Positions 27,414-37,622 are shown, counted from the first letter of the stretch. The stretch: 48,734 nt of DNA from a virus (IMGVR_UViG_2703718802_000011), one strand, 5' to 3'. Numbers and translations are program-made. Notes: generated by a model from the sequence alone, not told the origin.

Positions 27414-29176
27414 AAAATCTCCACAATATTGCTGGTATTGGCGGATTCGCCCTGCAGCGGTTCGTTAAACAGTGCGTGCATCGTTGCCCAGGCCAGATCG
27501 GCGTGGCTGGCTTCTTCGCTGCGGCTGGCTTCATAGGTCGGGCGGTTGCCACTGGCGGTGGTGGCGCGACGGATTGCCATAAAGGACTGCGCTATGTCGG
27601 TGTGTCCGGCGTCAAACTCCAGACGGCGGTGGCTGATAATGTCGTAGGCCTTGAGTACCAGGGCGTTTTTAACGTTGGGGCTGTAGACAAACTCCCGGAC
27701 GGCAGGAAAAAACGCTTTCACGTTCTCGTAAACCCCGTGACCAACGCCGGTTGAGTCGATACCGATATAGGTCACGTTGTACTGTTCGGTCAGTTTTTTG
27801 ATGGCGTCAGCCTGGGCGCGGAAGTCCATTCCGCGCCACTGGTGACGCTCAAGAATGCGGAACTTACCGCCCGGCACGGCTGGCGGAGCCACCACCACGC
27901 ATCCGGCGCTGTCGCCGTTCTGCGTACCTTTCGCCGGGTCATATCCGATCCACACTTCGCGCCAGCCAAACGGGCGCAGGGCCAGTGCATGAAAGTCGGT
28001 CCAGACTTCCCAACTGTCCACCATGCACGCCTGCAGCTCGCTGAGCGGGAACACGGACGCGAGATCGTCCACGAACTCACACATCAGCAGGTTCTGGTAT
28101 TCGTCCGGGCTGTACTCCATGCGCAACTGGTCGAGGTCGAATAGGTTACAGCCGCCGCGCACCGCATCTTCCACAGTGACTATCTGGCGGTACTGCCCGT
28201 CTGCGCACAGCAGGCCGGGGGCCAGATTGCTGTGGGACAGGTCGATGTCCACCTTATCGGCTTTGTTGCGCCCTCGGTTGAACAGCGCACCGGACCAGAA
28301 CGGATAAGCACTGTGTGTCAGGCTGGATGGCGTGGAAAAATAGGTTTGTCGCCATTTTTTGTGAATAGCCATACCGGAAGCCACTTTGCGCAGCTCCTGG
28401 AATTTCGGTATCCAGAAATATTCATCCAGATACAGGTTGCCGTGGTAACTCTGGGCCGTGCGGGCATTGGTGCCGAGGAAGTACAGCGTGGCCCCGTTAG
28501 GAAGCACCATCGGATCGCCTTTCAGCTCCACCTCCACTTCTTTGGCGAAGTCGATGATGTACTGCTTAAAGACGTGGGCCTGAGCCTTGCTGGCGGAAAG
28601 GAAAATCTGGTTACGCCCGGTCAGCAGGGCGTCAATCAGGGCTTCACGGGCAAAATAGAAGGTCGCGCCGATCTGGCGTGACTTCAGCAGGTTGCGGATG
28701 CGGTTGGTTTTTCCGGCTTCCCACCAGTGGCGCTGGTAGTTGAACATGGAGGAATGGAAGATTTCTTTCAGCTTCTCAATCTGTTCATCGGTGAAAACGT
28801 TCTTTTCCGGCTGACGGCGCGGGCCTTTGTTGCGGTTGGCGACGTTAGGGTTTAAGTCGGCTTCGTTGCCGCCATTGTTAAACTTGCCGATCCGCGCATG
28901 GCGCTCCGACTGGCGCGCCAGCAGGTCAATCTCTTTGAAATCTTTCCCTTCTTTGTGCTCCTTCATAATGAGCTGGCAGTAGCGTGCGGCGGTGGTGAGC
29001 TGCATCTGATCCAGCGGCCCATAGTCACCCCACTTGTCGCGTTTTTTCCAGCTGTGAACGGTTGCAACTTTCTCGCCCAGCATTTCAGCAATGCGGGCTA
29101 CGCGGTATCCCTGAAAGTACAGCAGCATGGCCTGCCGACGGGGATCGAGATCTGCGGGTGTCAGTGTGGTGTTCAT
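27410..29176 (-). CDS. P: Terminase large subunit (P2 gpP homologue)
   Basis: 588 aa (P2 P is about 590); divergent from O; ATPase/nuclease-sized protein. Confidence 0.8.
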   Translation of the reverse strand: MNTTLTPADLDPRRQAMLLYFQGYRVARIAEMLGEKVATVHSWKKRDKWGDYGPLDQMQLTTAARYCQLIMKEHKEGKDFKEIDLLARQSERHARIGKFNNGGNEADLNPNVANRNKGPRRQPEKNVFTDEQIEKLKEIFHSSMFNYQRHWWEAGKTNRIRNLLKSRQIGATFYFAREALIDALLTGRNQIFLSASKAQAHVFKQYIIDFAKEVEVELKGDPMVLPNGATLYFLGTNARTAQSYHGNLYLDEYFWIPKFQELRKVASGMAIHKKWRQTYFSTPSSLTHSAYPFWSGALFNRGRNKADKVDIDLSHSNLAPGLLCADGQYRQIVTVEDAVRGGCNLFDLDQLRMEYSPDEYQNLLMCEFVDDLASVFPLSELQACMVDSWEVWTDFHALALRPFGWREVWIGYDPAKGTQNGDSAGCVVVAPPAVPGGKFRILERHQWRGMDFRAQADAIKKLTEQYNVTYIGIDSTGVGHGVYENVKAFFPAVREFVYSPNVKNALVLKAYDIISHRRLEFDAGHTDIAQSFMAIRRATTASGNRPTYEASRSEEASHADLAWATMHALFNEPLQGESANTSNIVEIF

Positions 29177-29222
29177 GGCACAAACCTACAGCCTTGAATG
29201 AAGGCTTTCCCCGCCTGCGGTT

Positions 29223-29240
29223 TGTGTGGTTGTCGGTACA
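29223..29240. promoter_or_regulatory. Late-promoter activator site TGT-N12-ACA (P/O divergent region)
   Basis: TGTgtggttgtcggtACA in the P-O intergenic region, about 80 bp upstream of the O start; matches the Ogr/B-dependent late promoter element of P2/186. Confidence 0.6.
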
Positions 29241-29318
29241 AATACCGCGCATTGTTTCACTGCCCCCATCACCGCAACCATAAGGCTCCAGTAAGTTTTT
29301 TCTAACGGAGCACGGCTC

Positions 29319-30152
29319 ATGACAGTGAAAGCAAAGCGTTTTCGCATCGGGGTGGAAGGTGCCACCACCGACGGACGCGAAATCCAGCGTGAATGGCTGG
29401 AACAGATGGCAGCCAGCTACAACCCGGCGGTGTATACCGCGCTGATTAACCTTGAGCACATCAAGTCTTATCTGCCGGACAGCACCTTTAACCGCTACGG
29501 CAAGGTGACGGCGTTGTTTGCTGAAGAAATCACGGAAGGTCCGCTGGCAGGCAAGATGGCGCTGTATGCCGACGTTGAGCCAACGGAGTCCCTGGTGGAA
29601 CTGGTGAAAAAAGGCCAGAAATTATTCACCTCTATGGAAGTCAGCCCGAAGTTCGCTGATACGGGCAAAGCCTATCTGGTCGGCCTGGCTGCCACTGATG
29701 ACCCTGCCAGTCTGGGCACTGAAATGCTGACATTCAGCGCCAGTGCAGCTCATAACCCGCTGGCAAACCGCAAGCAGAATCCCGCCAATCTTTTTACAGC
29801 TGCAGAGGAAACGGTGATCGAACTGGAAGAAATCCAGGACGACAAACCGTCCCTGTTTGCCCGTGTCACGGCGCTGTTTACCAAAAAAGAGCAGTCCGAT
29901 GACGCCCGATTCTCTGATGTGCATAAGGCCGTGGAGCTGGTCGCCACTGAGCAGCAGAACCTGAGCGCACGCACCGAAAAATCCCTGTCTGAGCAGGAAG
30001 AACGCCTGTCTGAGCTGGAGACTGCTCTGCAGGAGCAGCAAACCGCCTTTAACGAACTGGTGAATAAGCTGAGTCATGAAGACAGCCGCCAGGACTACCG
30101 CCAGCGTGCAACAGGCGGTAACGCCCCCGCTGACACTCTGACCAATTGCTGA
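29319..30152 (+). CDS. O: Capsid scaffolding protein (P2 gpO homologue)
   Basis: 277 aa, acidic coiled-coil-rich C-terminus, first gene of the rightward head operon. Confidence 0.8.
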   Translation: MTVKAKRFRIGVEGATTDGREIQREWLEQMAASYNPAVYTALINLEHIKSYLPDSTFNRYGKVTALFAEEITEGPLAGKMALYADVEPTESLVELVKKGQKLFTSMEVSPKFADTGKAYLVGLAATDDPASLGTEMLTFSASAAHNPLANRKQNPANLFTAAEETVIELEEIQDDKPSLFARVTALFTKKEQSDDARFSDVHKAVELVATEQQNLSARTEKSLSEQEERLSELETALQEQQTAFNELVNKLSHEDSRQDYRQRATGGNAPADTLTNC

Positions 30153-30168
30153 TGGAGCACAAAACCTG

Positions 30169-31227
30169 ATGAAGAAGAATACCCGCTTTGCTTTTAACGC
30201 TTACCTGCAGCAACTGGCACGTCTTAACGGTGTGGCAGTTGAAGAACTGTCCAGCAAGTTCACTGTAGAGCCGTCTGTGCAGCAGAAGCTGGAAGACCAG
30301 ATCCAGCAGTCCGCCGCTTTCCTGACGCTGATTAACGTCACGCCAGTGACTGAGCAGTCCGGTCAGCTGCTGGGGCTGGGTGTTGGCAGCACCATTGCCG
30401 GAACCACTGACACCACCGCGAAAGAGCGTGAACCTGTCGATCCGACGCTGATGGTCGATGTGGAATACAAATGCGAGCAGACCAACTTTGACACGGTGCT
30501 GACCTACGCGAAGCTGGACCTGTGGGCGAAGTTTCAGGATTTCCAGGTGCGTATCCGTGACGCCATCGTGAAACGTCAGGCACTGGACCGCATCATGATC
30601 GGCTTTAACGGCGTGAAGCGTGCGAAAACCTCCAACCGTAGTGAAAACCCGCTGCTGCAGGATGTGAACAAAGGCTGGCTGCAGAAAATCCGTGAGGATG
30701 CACCGGATCACGTCATGGGCAGCACCACCACGAGCGGCGAAACCACACCGGGTGCGGTGAAAGTCGGGAAAGGTGGCGAATATGCCAACCTGGACGCTGT
30801 GGTGATGGATGCGGTCAATGAGCTTATCGACGTGGTCTACCAGGACGATGACGATCTGGTGGTGATTTGCGGTCGTGAACTGCTGTCTGACAAGTATTTC
30901 CCGCTGGTCAACAAAGAGCAGGAAAACAGTGAAAAACTGGCAGCCGATATGATTATCAGTCAGAAACGCATGGGCGGTCTGCAGGCCGTGCGTGCGCCGT
31001 TCTTCCCGCCGAATGCGCTGCTGATCACCCGTCTGGATAACCTGTCCATCTACTGGCAGGAAGACACCCGCCGCCGTTCAGTTATCGACAACCCGAAACG
31101 TGACCGGATTGAAAACTTTGAATCTGTTAACGAAGCCTATGTGGTTGAGGACTACCGCTGCGCTGCACTGGTGGAAAACATCCAGATTGGCGATTTCAGC
31201 GCCGCCGCCGCAGAAGCCGGAGCATAA
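30169..31227 (+). CDS. N: Major capsid protein (P2 gpN homologue)
   Basis: 352 aa (P2 N is about 357), follows the scaffold gene. Confidence 0.85.
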   Translation: MKKNTRFAFNAYLQQLARLNGVAVEELSSKFTVEPSVQQKLEDQIQQSAAFLTLINVTPVTEQSGQLLGLGVGSTIAGTTDTTAKEREPVDPTLMVDVEYKCEQTNFDTVLTYAKLDLWAKFQDFQVRIRDAIVKRQALDRIMIGFNGVKRAKTSNRSENPLLQDVNKGWLQKIREDAPDHVMGSTTTSGETTPGAVKVGKGGEYANLDAVVMDAVNELIDVVYQDDDDLVVICGRELLSDKYFPLVNKEQENSEKLAADMIISQKRMGGLQAVRAPFFPPNALLITRLDNLSIYWQEDTRRRSVIDNPKRDRIENFESVNEAYVVEDYRCAALVENIQIGDFSAAAAEAGA

Positions 31228-31230
31228 ACC

Positions 31231-31881
31231 ATGAGCCTGAGTCCCGCACGGCAGCATCGCCTGCGCGTTCAGGCTGAACAGGCCGCCCGCGAGGGCGGCA
31301 GTGTTCGCCACGCGTCGGGCTATGACCTGATGCTGCTGCAACTGGCGGAAGACCGCCGCCGTCTCAAGGGCGTTCAGTCCACGGTCAAAAAAGCGGAAAT
31401 CAAGGTGGAGCTGCTGCCGAAGTACGCCGCCTGGGCAGAGGGTGTCCTGGCTGCCGGAGGCGCTCAACAGGATGACGTGCTGATGTACGTGATGCTGTGG
31501 CGCATTGATGCCGGAGATTATGCCGGGGCGCTGCAGATCGGGCGTCATGCCCTGCGTCATGGCTGGGTGATGCCGCTGGGTAATCGCAATGTGCAGACCG
31601 TGCTGGCAGAGGAAATGGCAGACGCTGCGCAGAGCGCAATGCTTGCCGCCACCGGCTTTGATGCCGATCTGTTGCTGCAGACGCTGGAGCTGACAGACGG
31701 TCTGGATATGCCGGACCAGTCACGGGCGCGTCTGCATAAAGCGATTGGCGCTGTCCTGAGTGAAAGCAATCCGGCTTCCGCCCTTAATCATCTCAACCAT
31801 GCGTTACAGCTCGATCCCCGCTGTGGCGTGAAAAAAGACAAACAGCAGTTGGAGCGCAGACTGCGCAATGACAGCCGCTGA
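31231..31881 (+). CDS. M: Terminase small subunit (P2 gpM homologue)
   Basis: 216 aa following N. Confidence 0.7.
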   Translation: MSLSPARQHRLRVQAEQAAREGGSVRHASGYDLMLLQLAEDRRRLKGVQSTVKKAEIKVELLPKYAAWAEGVLAAGGAQQDDVLMYVMLWRIDAGDYAGALQIGRHALRHGWVMPLGNRNVQTVLAEEMADAAQSAMLAATGFDADLLLQTLELTDGLDMPDQSRARLHKAIGAVLSESNPASALNHLNHALQLDPRCGVKKDKQQLERRLRNDSR

Positions 31882-31976
31882 CAGAACGTGCCCCCGCGCA
31901 CGGGCGGCACGGGGGGGCGAAAGGCACTGCCACATCAAAACCCCGTCCACCGCCCTTTATTTCAGGAGAAAGCAGC

Positions 31977-32441
31977 ATGAAGTTTGTTGCGCCAGAACAG
32001 GCACCGGAACAGGCGGAAATCATCAGAAATACGCCGTTCTGGCCTGATGTGGACCTGTCGGAGTTTCGCAGTGTCATGCGCACTGACGGCACGGTGACGC
32101 AGCCGCGTTTAAAGCAGGTTGCGCTGTCGGCAATTTCGGAGGTCAACGCAGAGCTGTATGAGTTTCGCAGACGCCAGCAGATGCTGGGGTATGCCTCGCT
32201 GGCAGAAGTCCCGGCGGAACAACTGGACGGCAAAAGCGAGCGCATTCAGCACTATTTCAACGCGGTTTACTGCTGGGCACGCGCCATGCTCAACGAACGT
32301 TACCAGGACTATGACGCCACGGCATCCGGTGCGAAGCGAGGCGAGGAACTGGCGGAAGCAAGCGGTGATTTGTGGCGTGACGCCCGCTGGGCCATCAGCC
32401 GGGTGCAGGATGCGCCGCACTGCACAGTGGAGCTTATCTGA
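31977..32441 (+). CDS. L: Head completion/stabilisation protein (P2 gpL homologue)
   Basis: 154 aa, conserved position after M. Confidence 0.7.
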   Translation: MKFVAPEQAPEQAEIIRNTPFWPDVDLSEFRSVMRTDGTVTQPRLKQVALSAISEVNAELYEFRRRQQMLGYASLAEVPAEQLDGKSERIQHYFNAVYCWARAMLNERYQDYDATASGAKRGEELAEASGDLWRDARWAISRVQDAPHCTVELI

Positions 32442-32644
32442 TGAAAGTGCGTGCGCATCAGTATGACACGGTGGACGCGCTTTGCTGGCGTCATTACGGG
32501 CGCACGCAGGGTGTCACGGAGCAGGTACTGAAGGCAAATCCGGGGCTTGCCGAATACGGCCCCTTTTTACCTCACGGGTTGCAGGTGGAGCTGCCGGACA
32601 TACCGACAACCACCACCGTGCAGACCGTCCAGCTATGGGACTGA
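32441..32644 (+). CDS. X: Tail protein X (P2 gpX homologue)
   Basis: 67 aa (same as P2 X); ATG overlaps the L stop. Confidence 0.7.
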   Translation: MKVRAHQYDTVDALCWRHYGRTQGVTEQVLKANPGLAEYGPFLPHGLQVELPDIPTTTTVQTVQLWD

Positions 32645-32647
32645 ATT

Positions 32648-32863
32648 ATGACGCTTGAGCGAATCAGCGCCTTTATCACGTATTGCATCGCCGTCGTGCT
32701 GGCCTGGCTGGGCGATTTGTCCATCAAGGATGCCTCAACGCTGGGCGGCCTGATGATTGGTGTGCTGATGCTGGCTATCAACTGGTACTACAAACACAAA
32801 GCCTACCAGCTTCTGCGCGACGGGCAGATCTCGCGGGAGGACTATGAATCCATCAATCGTTAA
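32648..32863 (+). CDS. Holin-like small membrane protein
   Basis: 71 aa with a hydrophobic segment ('ISAFITYCIAVVLAWLG', 'GGLMIGVLMLAINW'), directly upstream of the endolysin. Confidence 0.6.
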   Translation: MTLERISAFITYCIAVVLAWLGDLSIKDASTLGGLMIGVLMLAINWYYKHKAYQLLRDGQISREDYESINR

Positions 32864-33356
32864 ACGCTGCCTTGTCGGGGGCGTGCTGGCTATTGCTGCC
32901 ACGCTGCCGGGTTTTCAGCAGCTTCACACCTCCGTGGAGGGACTGAAACTGATTGCCGATTACGAAGGCTGTCGTCTGCAGCCGTATCAGTGCAGCGCGG
33001 GTGTCTGGACCGACGGCATTGGTAATACATCGGGCGTCATTCCCGGCAAAACAATCACGGAACGACAGGCAGCAGAAGGGCTGATCTCCAACGTGCTGCG
33101 TGTGGAGAGGGCGCTGGAAAGGTGTGTGAAGCAACAGCCGCCGCAGAAGGTGTATGACGCTGCGGTGTCGTTTGCCTTCAACGTGGGTACGGGCAATGCC
33201 TGCAGTTCCACGCTGGTGAAATTGCTCAATCAGCGGCGCTGGGCGGATGCGTGCCGACAGTTGCCGCGCTGGGTGTATGTAAAAGGTGTGTTTAATCAGG
33301 GGCTGGATAACCGCCGTGCGCGGGAGATGGCCTGGTGCTTACAGGGAGCAAACTGA
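32844..33356 (+). CDS. K: Endolysin (lysozyme-like, probable SAR type)
   Basis: 170 aa; N-terminal hydrophobic 'LVGGVLAIAATLPG' then lysozyme-like motifs ('EGLKLIADYEGCRLQPYQCSAGVWTDGIGNT'). Confidence 0.8.
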   Translation: MNPSIVKRCLVGGVLAIAATLPGFQQLHTSVEGLKLIADYEGCRLQPYQCSAGVWTDGIGNTSGVIPGKTITERQAAEGLISNVLRVERALERCVKQQPPQKVYDAAVSFAFNVGTGNACSSTLVKLLNQRRWADACRQLPRWVYVKGVFNQGLDNRRAREMAWCLQGAN

Positions 33357-33357
33357 A

Positions 33358-33735
33358 ATGAAAAAGAAATTAATCAGCGGACTGTTTCTGATGTTATGGA
33401 TGGCGCTGTTAATCGCAGCAATGGTGTATCCGCAGGGGATTTTTCCGGTACTGGCAGCGTCCGGTGTCTGGGTAGCTTGTCTGCTGACATGGGCGGTAAT
33501 TCCGGTAGCACTGGCTGCGTTAATTAAGAACGGCCCGCTCTGGCAGGAGTTGAGGGCATCTTTGCTAAAGACCATTACTCGAAAAGAAAACGTATTTATC
33601 AGCTGGATGATGCGATTGCTGATTGTCGTCAGTCTCGCCTGGACGGGGTGGGCTATTACCCTGGTCTTTTATCTGCTGACCGTTATTGCCTTCTGGATCA
33701 CCCGTAATCAGATGGCGCAACAGGTAGCAGCATGA
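33358..33735 (+). CDS. lysA: LysA-like membrane protein (lysis timing)
   Basis: ATG 33358 after GGGAG; multiple transmembrane segments; position as in P2. Confidence 0.6.
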   Translation: MKKKLISGLFLMLWMALLIAAMVYPQGIFPVLAASGVWVACLLTWAVIPVALAALIKNGPLWQELRASLLKTITRKENVFISWMMRLLIVVSLAWTGWAITLVFYLLTVIAFWITRNQMAQQVAA

Positions 33736-34160
33736 ACCGGGTACTGCTGGTTGTGCTGGCGTTATTACTGGCGGCGCTGGGCTGGCAGACGTGGCGGCTG
33801 GCTGATGCCAGCCAGACCATCAGCACGCAGGCAGACGAGCTTCGGAGCAAAAGCCAGGCACTGGCAAAGAGCAACAGCCAGCTGATCAGCCTGTCCATTC
33901 TGGCTGAAACCAATAACCGGGAGCAGGCGCGGCTCTATGCCAAAGCAGAACAGACCAGCGCACTGCTGAGACAACGACAACGCCGGATCGAGGAACTGAA
34001 ACGTGAGAACGAGGATTTACGCCGCTGGGCTGATACTCCTTTGCCTGCTGACATTATCCGGATGCGGGAACGCCCCACACTCACCGGAGGTGCAGCTTAC
34101 CGTCAGTGGTTGTCCGCGAGTGACGCCGTGTCTGCTGGATCAGGCAACGCTGCGCACTAA
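33732..34160 (+). CDS. lysB: LysB (Rz-like inner-membrane spanin)
   Basis: 142 aa; N-terminal TM 'VLLVVLALLLAALGW' then a coiled-coil-like region. Confidence 0.65.
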   Translation: MNRVLLVVLALLLAALGWQTWRLADASQTISTQADELRSKSQALAKSNSQLISLSILAETNNREQARLYAKAEQTSALLRQRQRRIEELKRENEDLRRWADTPLPADIIRMRERPTLTGGAAYRQWLSASDAVSAGSGNAAH

Positions 34161-34293
34161 CGGTGATCTGAACGCGTTGCTGGATGAAACGGAGGCCGCC
34201 TGGGCGGTCTGTGCAGACAAAGTGGACATGATTATTGCGTGTCAGGAGCGAAACAGTGAACAAACCACAATCCCTGCGCCACGCCCTCAATAA
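34003..34293 (+). CDS. lysC: LysC (Rz1-like outer-membrane lipoprotein spanin), overlapping lysB in another frame
   Basis: GTG 34003; signal peptide with lipobox 'LLTLSGC'; 96 aa as for P2 LysC. Confidence 0.55.
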   Translation: MRTRIYAAGLILLCLLTLSGCGNAPHSPEVQLTVSGCPRVTPCLLDQATLRTNGDLNALLDETEAAWAVCADKVDMIIACQERNSEQTTIPAPRPQ

Positions 34294-34687
34294 AGCAGTG
34301 CCTTATGTCCGCAATAACCCGGACAAACTGCATCTGTTTGTGGATAACGGTTCGCTGGTTGCCACGGGGGCCAGCTCCATGTCATGGGAGTACCGCTACA
34401 CCCTGAACGTGGTGATTGAGGATTTCAGCGGCGACCAGAATCTGCTGATGGCCCCGGTTTTGCTGTGGCTGCGTGATAACCAGCCCGATGCCATCAATAA
34501 CCCGGCGTTACGGGAAAAGCTATTCACCTTTGAGGTGGATATTCTGCGCAACGATGTCTGTGATCTCAGCCTCAACCTGCAACTGACGGAGCGTGTGCTG
34601 GTCAGCACTGACGGCAGTGTGTCGAGCGTTGAAGCTATAGCGGAACCTGATGAACCTGAAGAAATGTGGACGGTGAAACGTGGCTGA
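34256..34687 (+). CDS. R: Tail completion protein R
   Basis: GTG 34256 preceded by AGGAG; sequence 'NKPQSLRHALNKAV...LHLFVDNGS' resembles the P2 gpR N-terminus as I recall it (track ORF begins at TTG 34235). Confidence 0.7.
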   Translation: MNKPQSLRHALNKAVPYVRNNPDKLHLFVDNGSLVATGASSMSWEYRYTLNVVIEDFSGDQNLLMAPVLLWLRDNQPDAINNPALREKLFTFEVDILRNDVCDLSLNLQLTERVLVSTDGSVSSVEAIAEPDEPEEMWTVKRG

Positions 34688-35126
34688 ACTGCAGAAAGTT
34701 GACGACTGGCTGAGTGCCTTGCTGGCGAATCTGGAGCCAGCCGCAAGAAGCCGCATGATGCGCCAGCTGGCGCAGGAACTACGCCGGACACAGCAGCAAA
34801 ATATCAGAATGCAGCGCAATCCAGATGGCAGCAATTATGAACCGCGACGGGTAACAGCACGCAGTAAAAAAGGCCGTATCAAACGTCAGATGTTTGCAAA
34901 GCTGCGCACCACAAAATACCTGAAAACTGCCGCCAGCGCCGACTCTGCCAGCGTGCAGTTTGAAGGCAAGGTACAGCGCATTGCCCGTGTTCATCACTAC
35001 GGCTTACGTGATCGCGTCAGCCGCAAAGGACCGGAGGTCCGTTACGCAGAGCGTCGCCTTCTGGGTGTAAATGATGATGTTGAGGCAATGACCCGCGACA
35101 TGATTCTGCAATGGCTGGCGGGGTGA
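34680..35126 (+). CDS. S: Tail completion protein S
   Basis: 148 aa (P2 S is about 150); start overlaps the R stop. Confidence 0.7.
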   Translation: MAELQKVDDWLSALLANLEPAARSRMMRQLAQELRRTQQQNIRMQRNPDGSNYEPRRVTARSKKGRIKRQMFAKLRTTKYLKTAASADSASVQFEGKVQRIARVHHYGLRDRVSRKGPEVRYAERRLLGVNDDVEAMTRDMILQWLAG

Positions 35127-35130
35127 TTTT

Positions 35131-35148
35131 TGTATCAGCACTGATACA
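35131..35148. promoter_or_regulatory. Late-promoter activator site TGT-N12-ACA upstream of V
   Basis: TGTatcagcactgatACA, itself an extended palindrome (TGTATCAG-ca-CTGATACA), 47 bp upstream of the V ATG. Confidence 0.65.
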
Positions 35149-35194
35149 AGTTGCAGCACTGCCGCCTTTCTTCCCCTGATGGCAACCTTTCCCT

Positions 35195-35773
35195 ATGAAC
35201 GCACAATTAACCGAAATCATGCGCCTTATCACCAACCTGATCCGCACTGGGGTAGTCACCGAAGTGGACAGGACAAACTGGCTTTGCCGGGTGAAAACGG
35301 GCGACCTTGAAACCAACTGGATCAGCTGGCTGACGCTGCGTGCCGGGAATGCCCGGACATGGTGGCGACCATCGGAAGGTGAGCAGGTGGTGCTGCTGAG
35401 TATGGGCGGTAATCTGGAAACAGCTTTTGCGCTGCCCGCCATCTATTCGAATCAGTTCGCACCACCGTCGACGTCGGCGGACGCCTGCGTGACAGAACAT
35501 CCTGATGGTGGCTGGTTTGAATATGAACCCGCCACCGGGCGCTGGTATGTCAGGGGCATCAAATCTATGGTCATTGAGGCCGTCGACAACATCACCCTGA
35601 AAACCAGTGAGTTTGTGCTGGAGGCTGACCGCACGCGTATTAACAGCGAAGTAGTGATCAATGGTGGCGTTACCCAGGGCGGCGGTGCAATGAGTTCTAA
35701 CGGGATCGTGGTTGATGCGCATCAGCATACTGGCGTTCTGAAAGGCGGTGACACCACCGGAGGCCCGGTATGA
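35195..35773 (+). CDS. V: Baseplate spike protein V
   Basis: 192 aa, first gene after the late promoter; conserved position. Confidence 0.75.
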   Translation: MNAQLTEIMRLITNLIRTGVVTEVDRTNWLCRVKTGDLETNWISWLTLRAGNARTWWRPSEGEQVVLLSMGGNLETAFALPAIYSNQFAPPSTSADACVTEHPDGGWFEYEPATGRWYVRGIKSMVIEAVDNITLKTSEFVLEADRTRINSEVVINGGVTQGGGAMSSNGIVVDAHQHTGVLKGGDTTGGPV

Positions 35774-36129
35774 CGCTTTATAGCGGGATGAACAATATCA
35801 GCGGTAAGGCCATTACTGATATTGACCATCTGCGCCAGTCGGTGCGGGACATTTTGCTGACGCCGCAGGGTAGCCGCATTGCCCGTCGTGAATATGGTTC
35901 CCTGCTGTCGGCACTGATAGACCAGCCACAAAATCCGGCATTACGCCTGCAGGTCATGTCGGCAGTGTATGTGGCGCTGAGTCGCTGGGAGCCACGGCTG
36001 ACGCTGGATTCCATCACCATCAACAGCAACTTTGACGGTTCTATGGTGGTGGAGCTGACCGGGCGGCGGAATAACGGTGTGCCTGTGTCCCTTTCCGTAT
36101 CAACAGGAGCAGAGAATGGCAGTGATTGA
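35770..36129 (+). CDS. W: Baseplate protein W (gp25-like)
   Basis: 119 aa (P2 W is about 115); overlaps the V stop. Confidence 0.75.
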   Translation: MTLYSGMNNISGKAITDIDHLRQSVRDILLTPQGSRIARREYGSLLSALIDQPQNPALRLQVMSAVYVALSRWEPRLTLDSITINSNFDGSMVVELTGRRNNGVPVSLSVSTGAENGSD

Positions 36130-37024
36130 CCTTTCGCAGTTGCCTGCACCGCAGATTGTGGATGTGCCGGACTTTGAGACGCTGCTTGCCGAACGCAAGG
36201 CAGAATTTGTGGCGCTTCATCCGAAAGATGAGCAGGAAGCAGTGATCCGCACGCTGGAACTGGAATCTGAACCCGTCACCAAATTGCTGCAGGAGAACGC
36301 TTACCGTGAGTTGCTTCTGCGCCAGCGCATTAACGAAGCCGCACAGGCGGTGATGGTGGCTTACGCGATGGGCGGCGATCTTGACCAGCTCGCTGCCAAC
36401 TACAACGTGACACGCCTGACGGTGACGCCTGCTGATAATGATGCTGTGCCGCCCGTTGCAGCTGTGATGGAAAGCGATGAAGCGTTACGCCTGCGTGTGC
36501 CTGCAGCCTTTGAAGGGCTTTCTGTTGCGGGGCCAACTGCAGCTTATGAATTTCATGCTCGAAGCGCCGACGGTCGGGTGGCGGATGCCAGTGCAACCAG
36601 CCCGGCACCTGCAGAGGTGGTGCTGACTGTCCTTAGCCGCGAAGGCGATGGAACTGCAGAAAAAGACCTGCTGGACGTGGTGGAAAAAGCTCTGAACAGT
36701 GAGAACGTCCGCCCGGTGGCTGACCGTCTTACGGTTCGCAGCGCAGAAATCATACCGTACCGCGTGGAAGCCACCATTTTTCTCTATCCGGGGCCGGAAG
36801 CAGAGCCGGTAATGGCAGCGGCAAAAGCCAGCCTGCAGAAGTACATCGCCAGTCAGACGCGGCTTGGTCGGGATATTCGCCGTAGCGCCATCTTTGCCGC
36901 CCTGCATGTTGAGGGTGTGCAGCGTGTGGAGCTGGCTTCGCCGCTGGCGGATGTGGTTTTGAACAAAACGCAGGCGGCATCATGTACGGAGTGGAGCGTG
37001 ACCAACGGGGGAACGGATGAATAG
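36116..37024 (+). CDS. J: Baseplate protein J
   Basis: ATG 36116 after AGGAG; 302 aa, same as P2 J. Confidence 0.8.
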   Translation: MAVIDLSQLPAPQIVDVPDFETLLAERKAEFVALHPKDEQEAVIRTLELESEPVTKLLQENAYRELLLRQRINEAAQAVMVAYAMGGDLDQLAANYNVTRLTVTPADNDAVPPVAAVMESDEALRLRVPAAFEGLSVAGPTAAYEFHARSADGRVADASATSPAPAEVVLTVLSREGDGTAEKDLLDVVEKALNSENVRPVADRLTVRSAEIIPYRVEATIFLYPGPEAEPVMAAAKASLQKYIASQTRLGRDIRRSAIFAALHVEGVQRVELASPLADVVLNKTQAASCTEWSVTNGGTDE

Positions 37025-37622
37025 TCTGCTGCCATCGGGGTCAACTTCACTGGAGCGCCGACTGGCGCAGACCTGTAGCGGGATTTCTGATCTGCAGGTG
37101 CCGCTGCGTGACTTGTGGAATCCGGCTACCTGCCCGGTCAGCTTCCTGCCTTATCTCGCCTGGGCGTTCTCTGTGGATCGCTGGGACGAAGGCTGGACAG
37201 AAAGCGTCAAGCGCCAGGTGGTGAAGGATGCTTTTTATATTCATCAGCATAAAGGGACCACCAGTGCCGTGCGGCGGGTGGTGGAGCCGTTCGGCTTTCT
37301 GATCCGCATTATTGAGTGGTGGCAGACCGGAGAGGCACCGGGCACGTTTCGTCTGGATATCGGCGTGCAGGACCAGGGCATCACTGAAGATACCTATCTG
37401 GAACTTGAGCGGCTGATAAGCGATGCCAAACCATGTAGCCGTCACATGATCGGCATGTCCATCAATCTGCAGACCAGCGGTCCGCATTGGGTGGGGGCCG
37501 CCAGCTATCTTGGCGAAGAAATCACGATCTATCCGTATATCAACGAAACAATTATTTCCGGCGGCACCGCGCATGAAGGTGGGGCGGTCCATGTTATTGA
37601 CACAATGAGAGTGAATCCATGA
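37017..37622 (+). CDS. I: Baseplate protein I
   Basis: 201 aa, overlaps the J stop; conserved position. Confidence 0.7.
   Translation: MNSLLPSGSTSLERRLAQTCSGISDLQVPLRDLWNPATCPVSFLPYLAWAFSVDRWDEGWTESVKRQVVKDAFYIHQHKGTTSAVRRVVEPFGFLIRIIEWWQTGEAPGTFRLDIGVQDQGITEDTYLELERLISDAKPCSRHMIGMSINLQTSGPHWVGAASYLGEEITIYPYINETIISGGTAHEGGAVHVIDTMRVNP

Noticed and set aside
27476-28681. Several plus-strand ORFs (92-149 aa) inside the terminase gene
   Set aside because: All embedded in the minus-strand terminase large-subunit gene; GC-rich frame artefacts.
31889-31918. GC-rich palindrome after gene M as a terminator
   Set aside because: Strong G/C dyad (cccccgcgca...gggggggc) but no following T-tract on either strand; may be a regulatory or structural element, not confidently a terminator.
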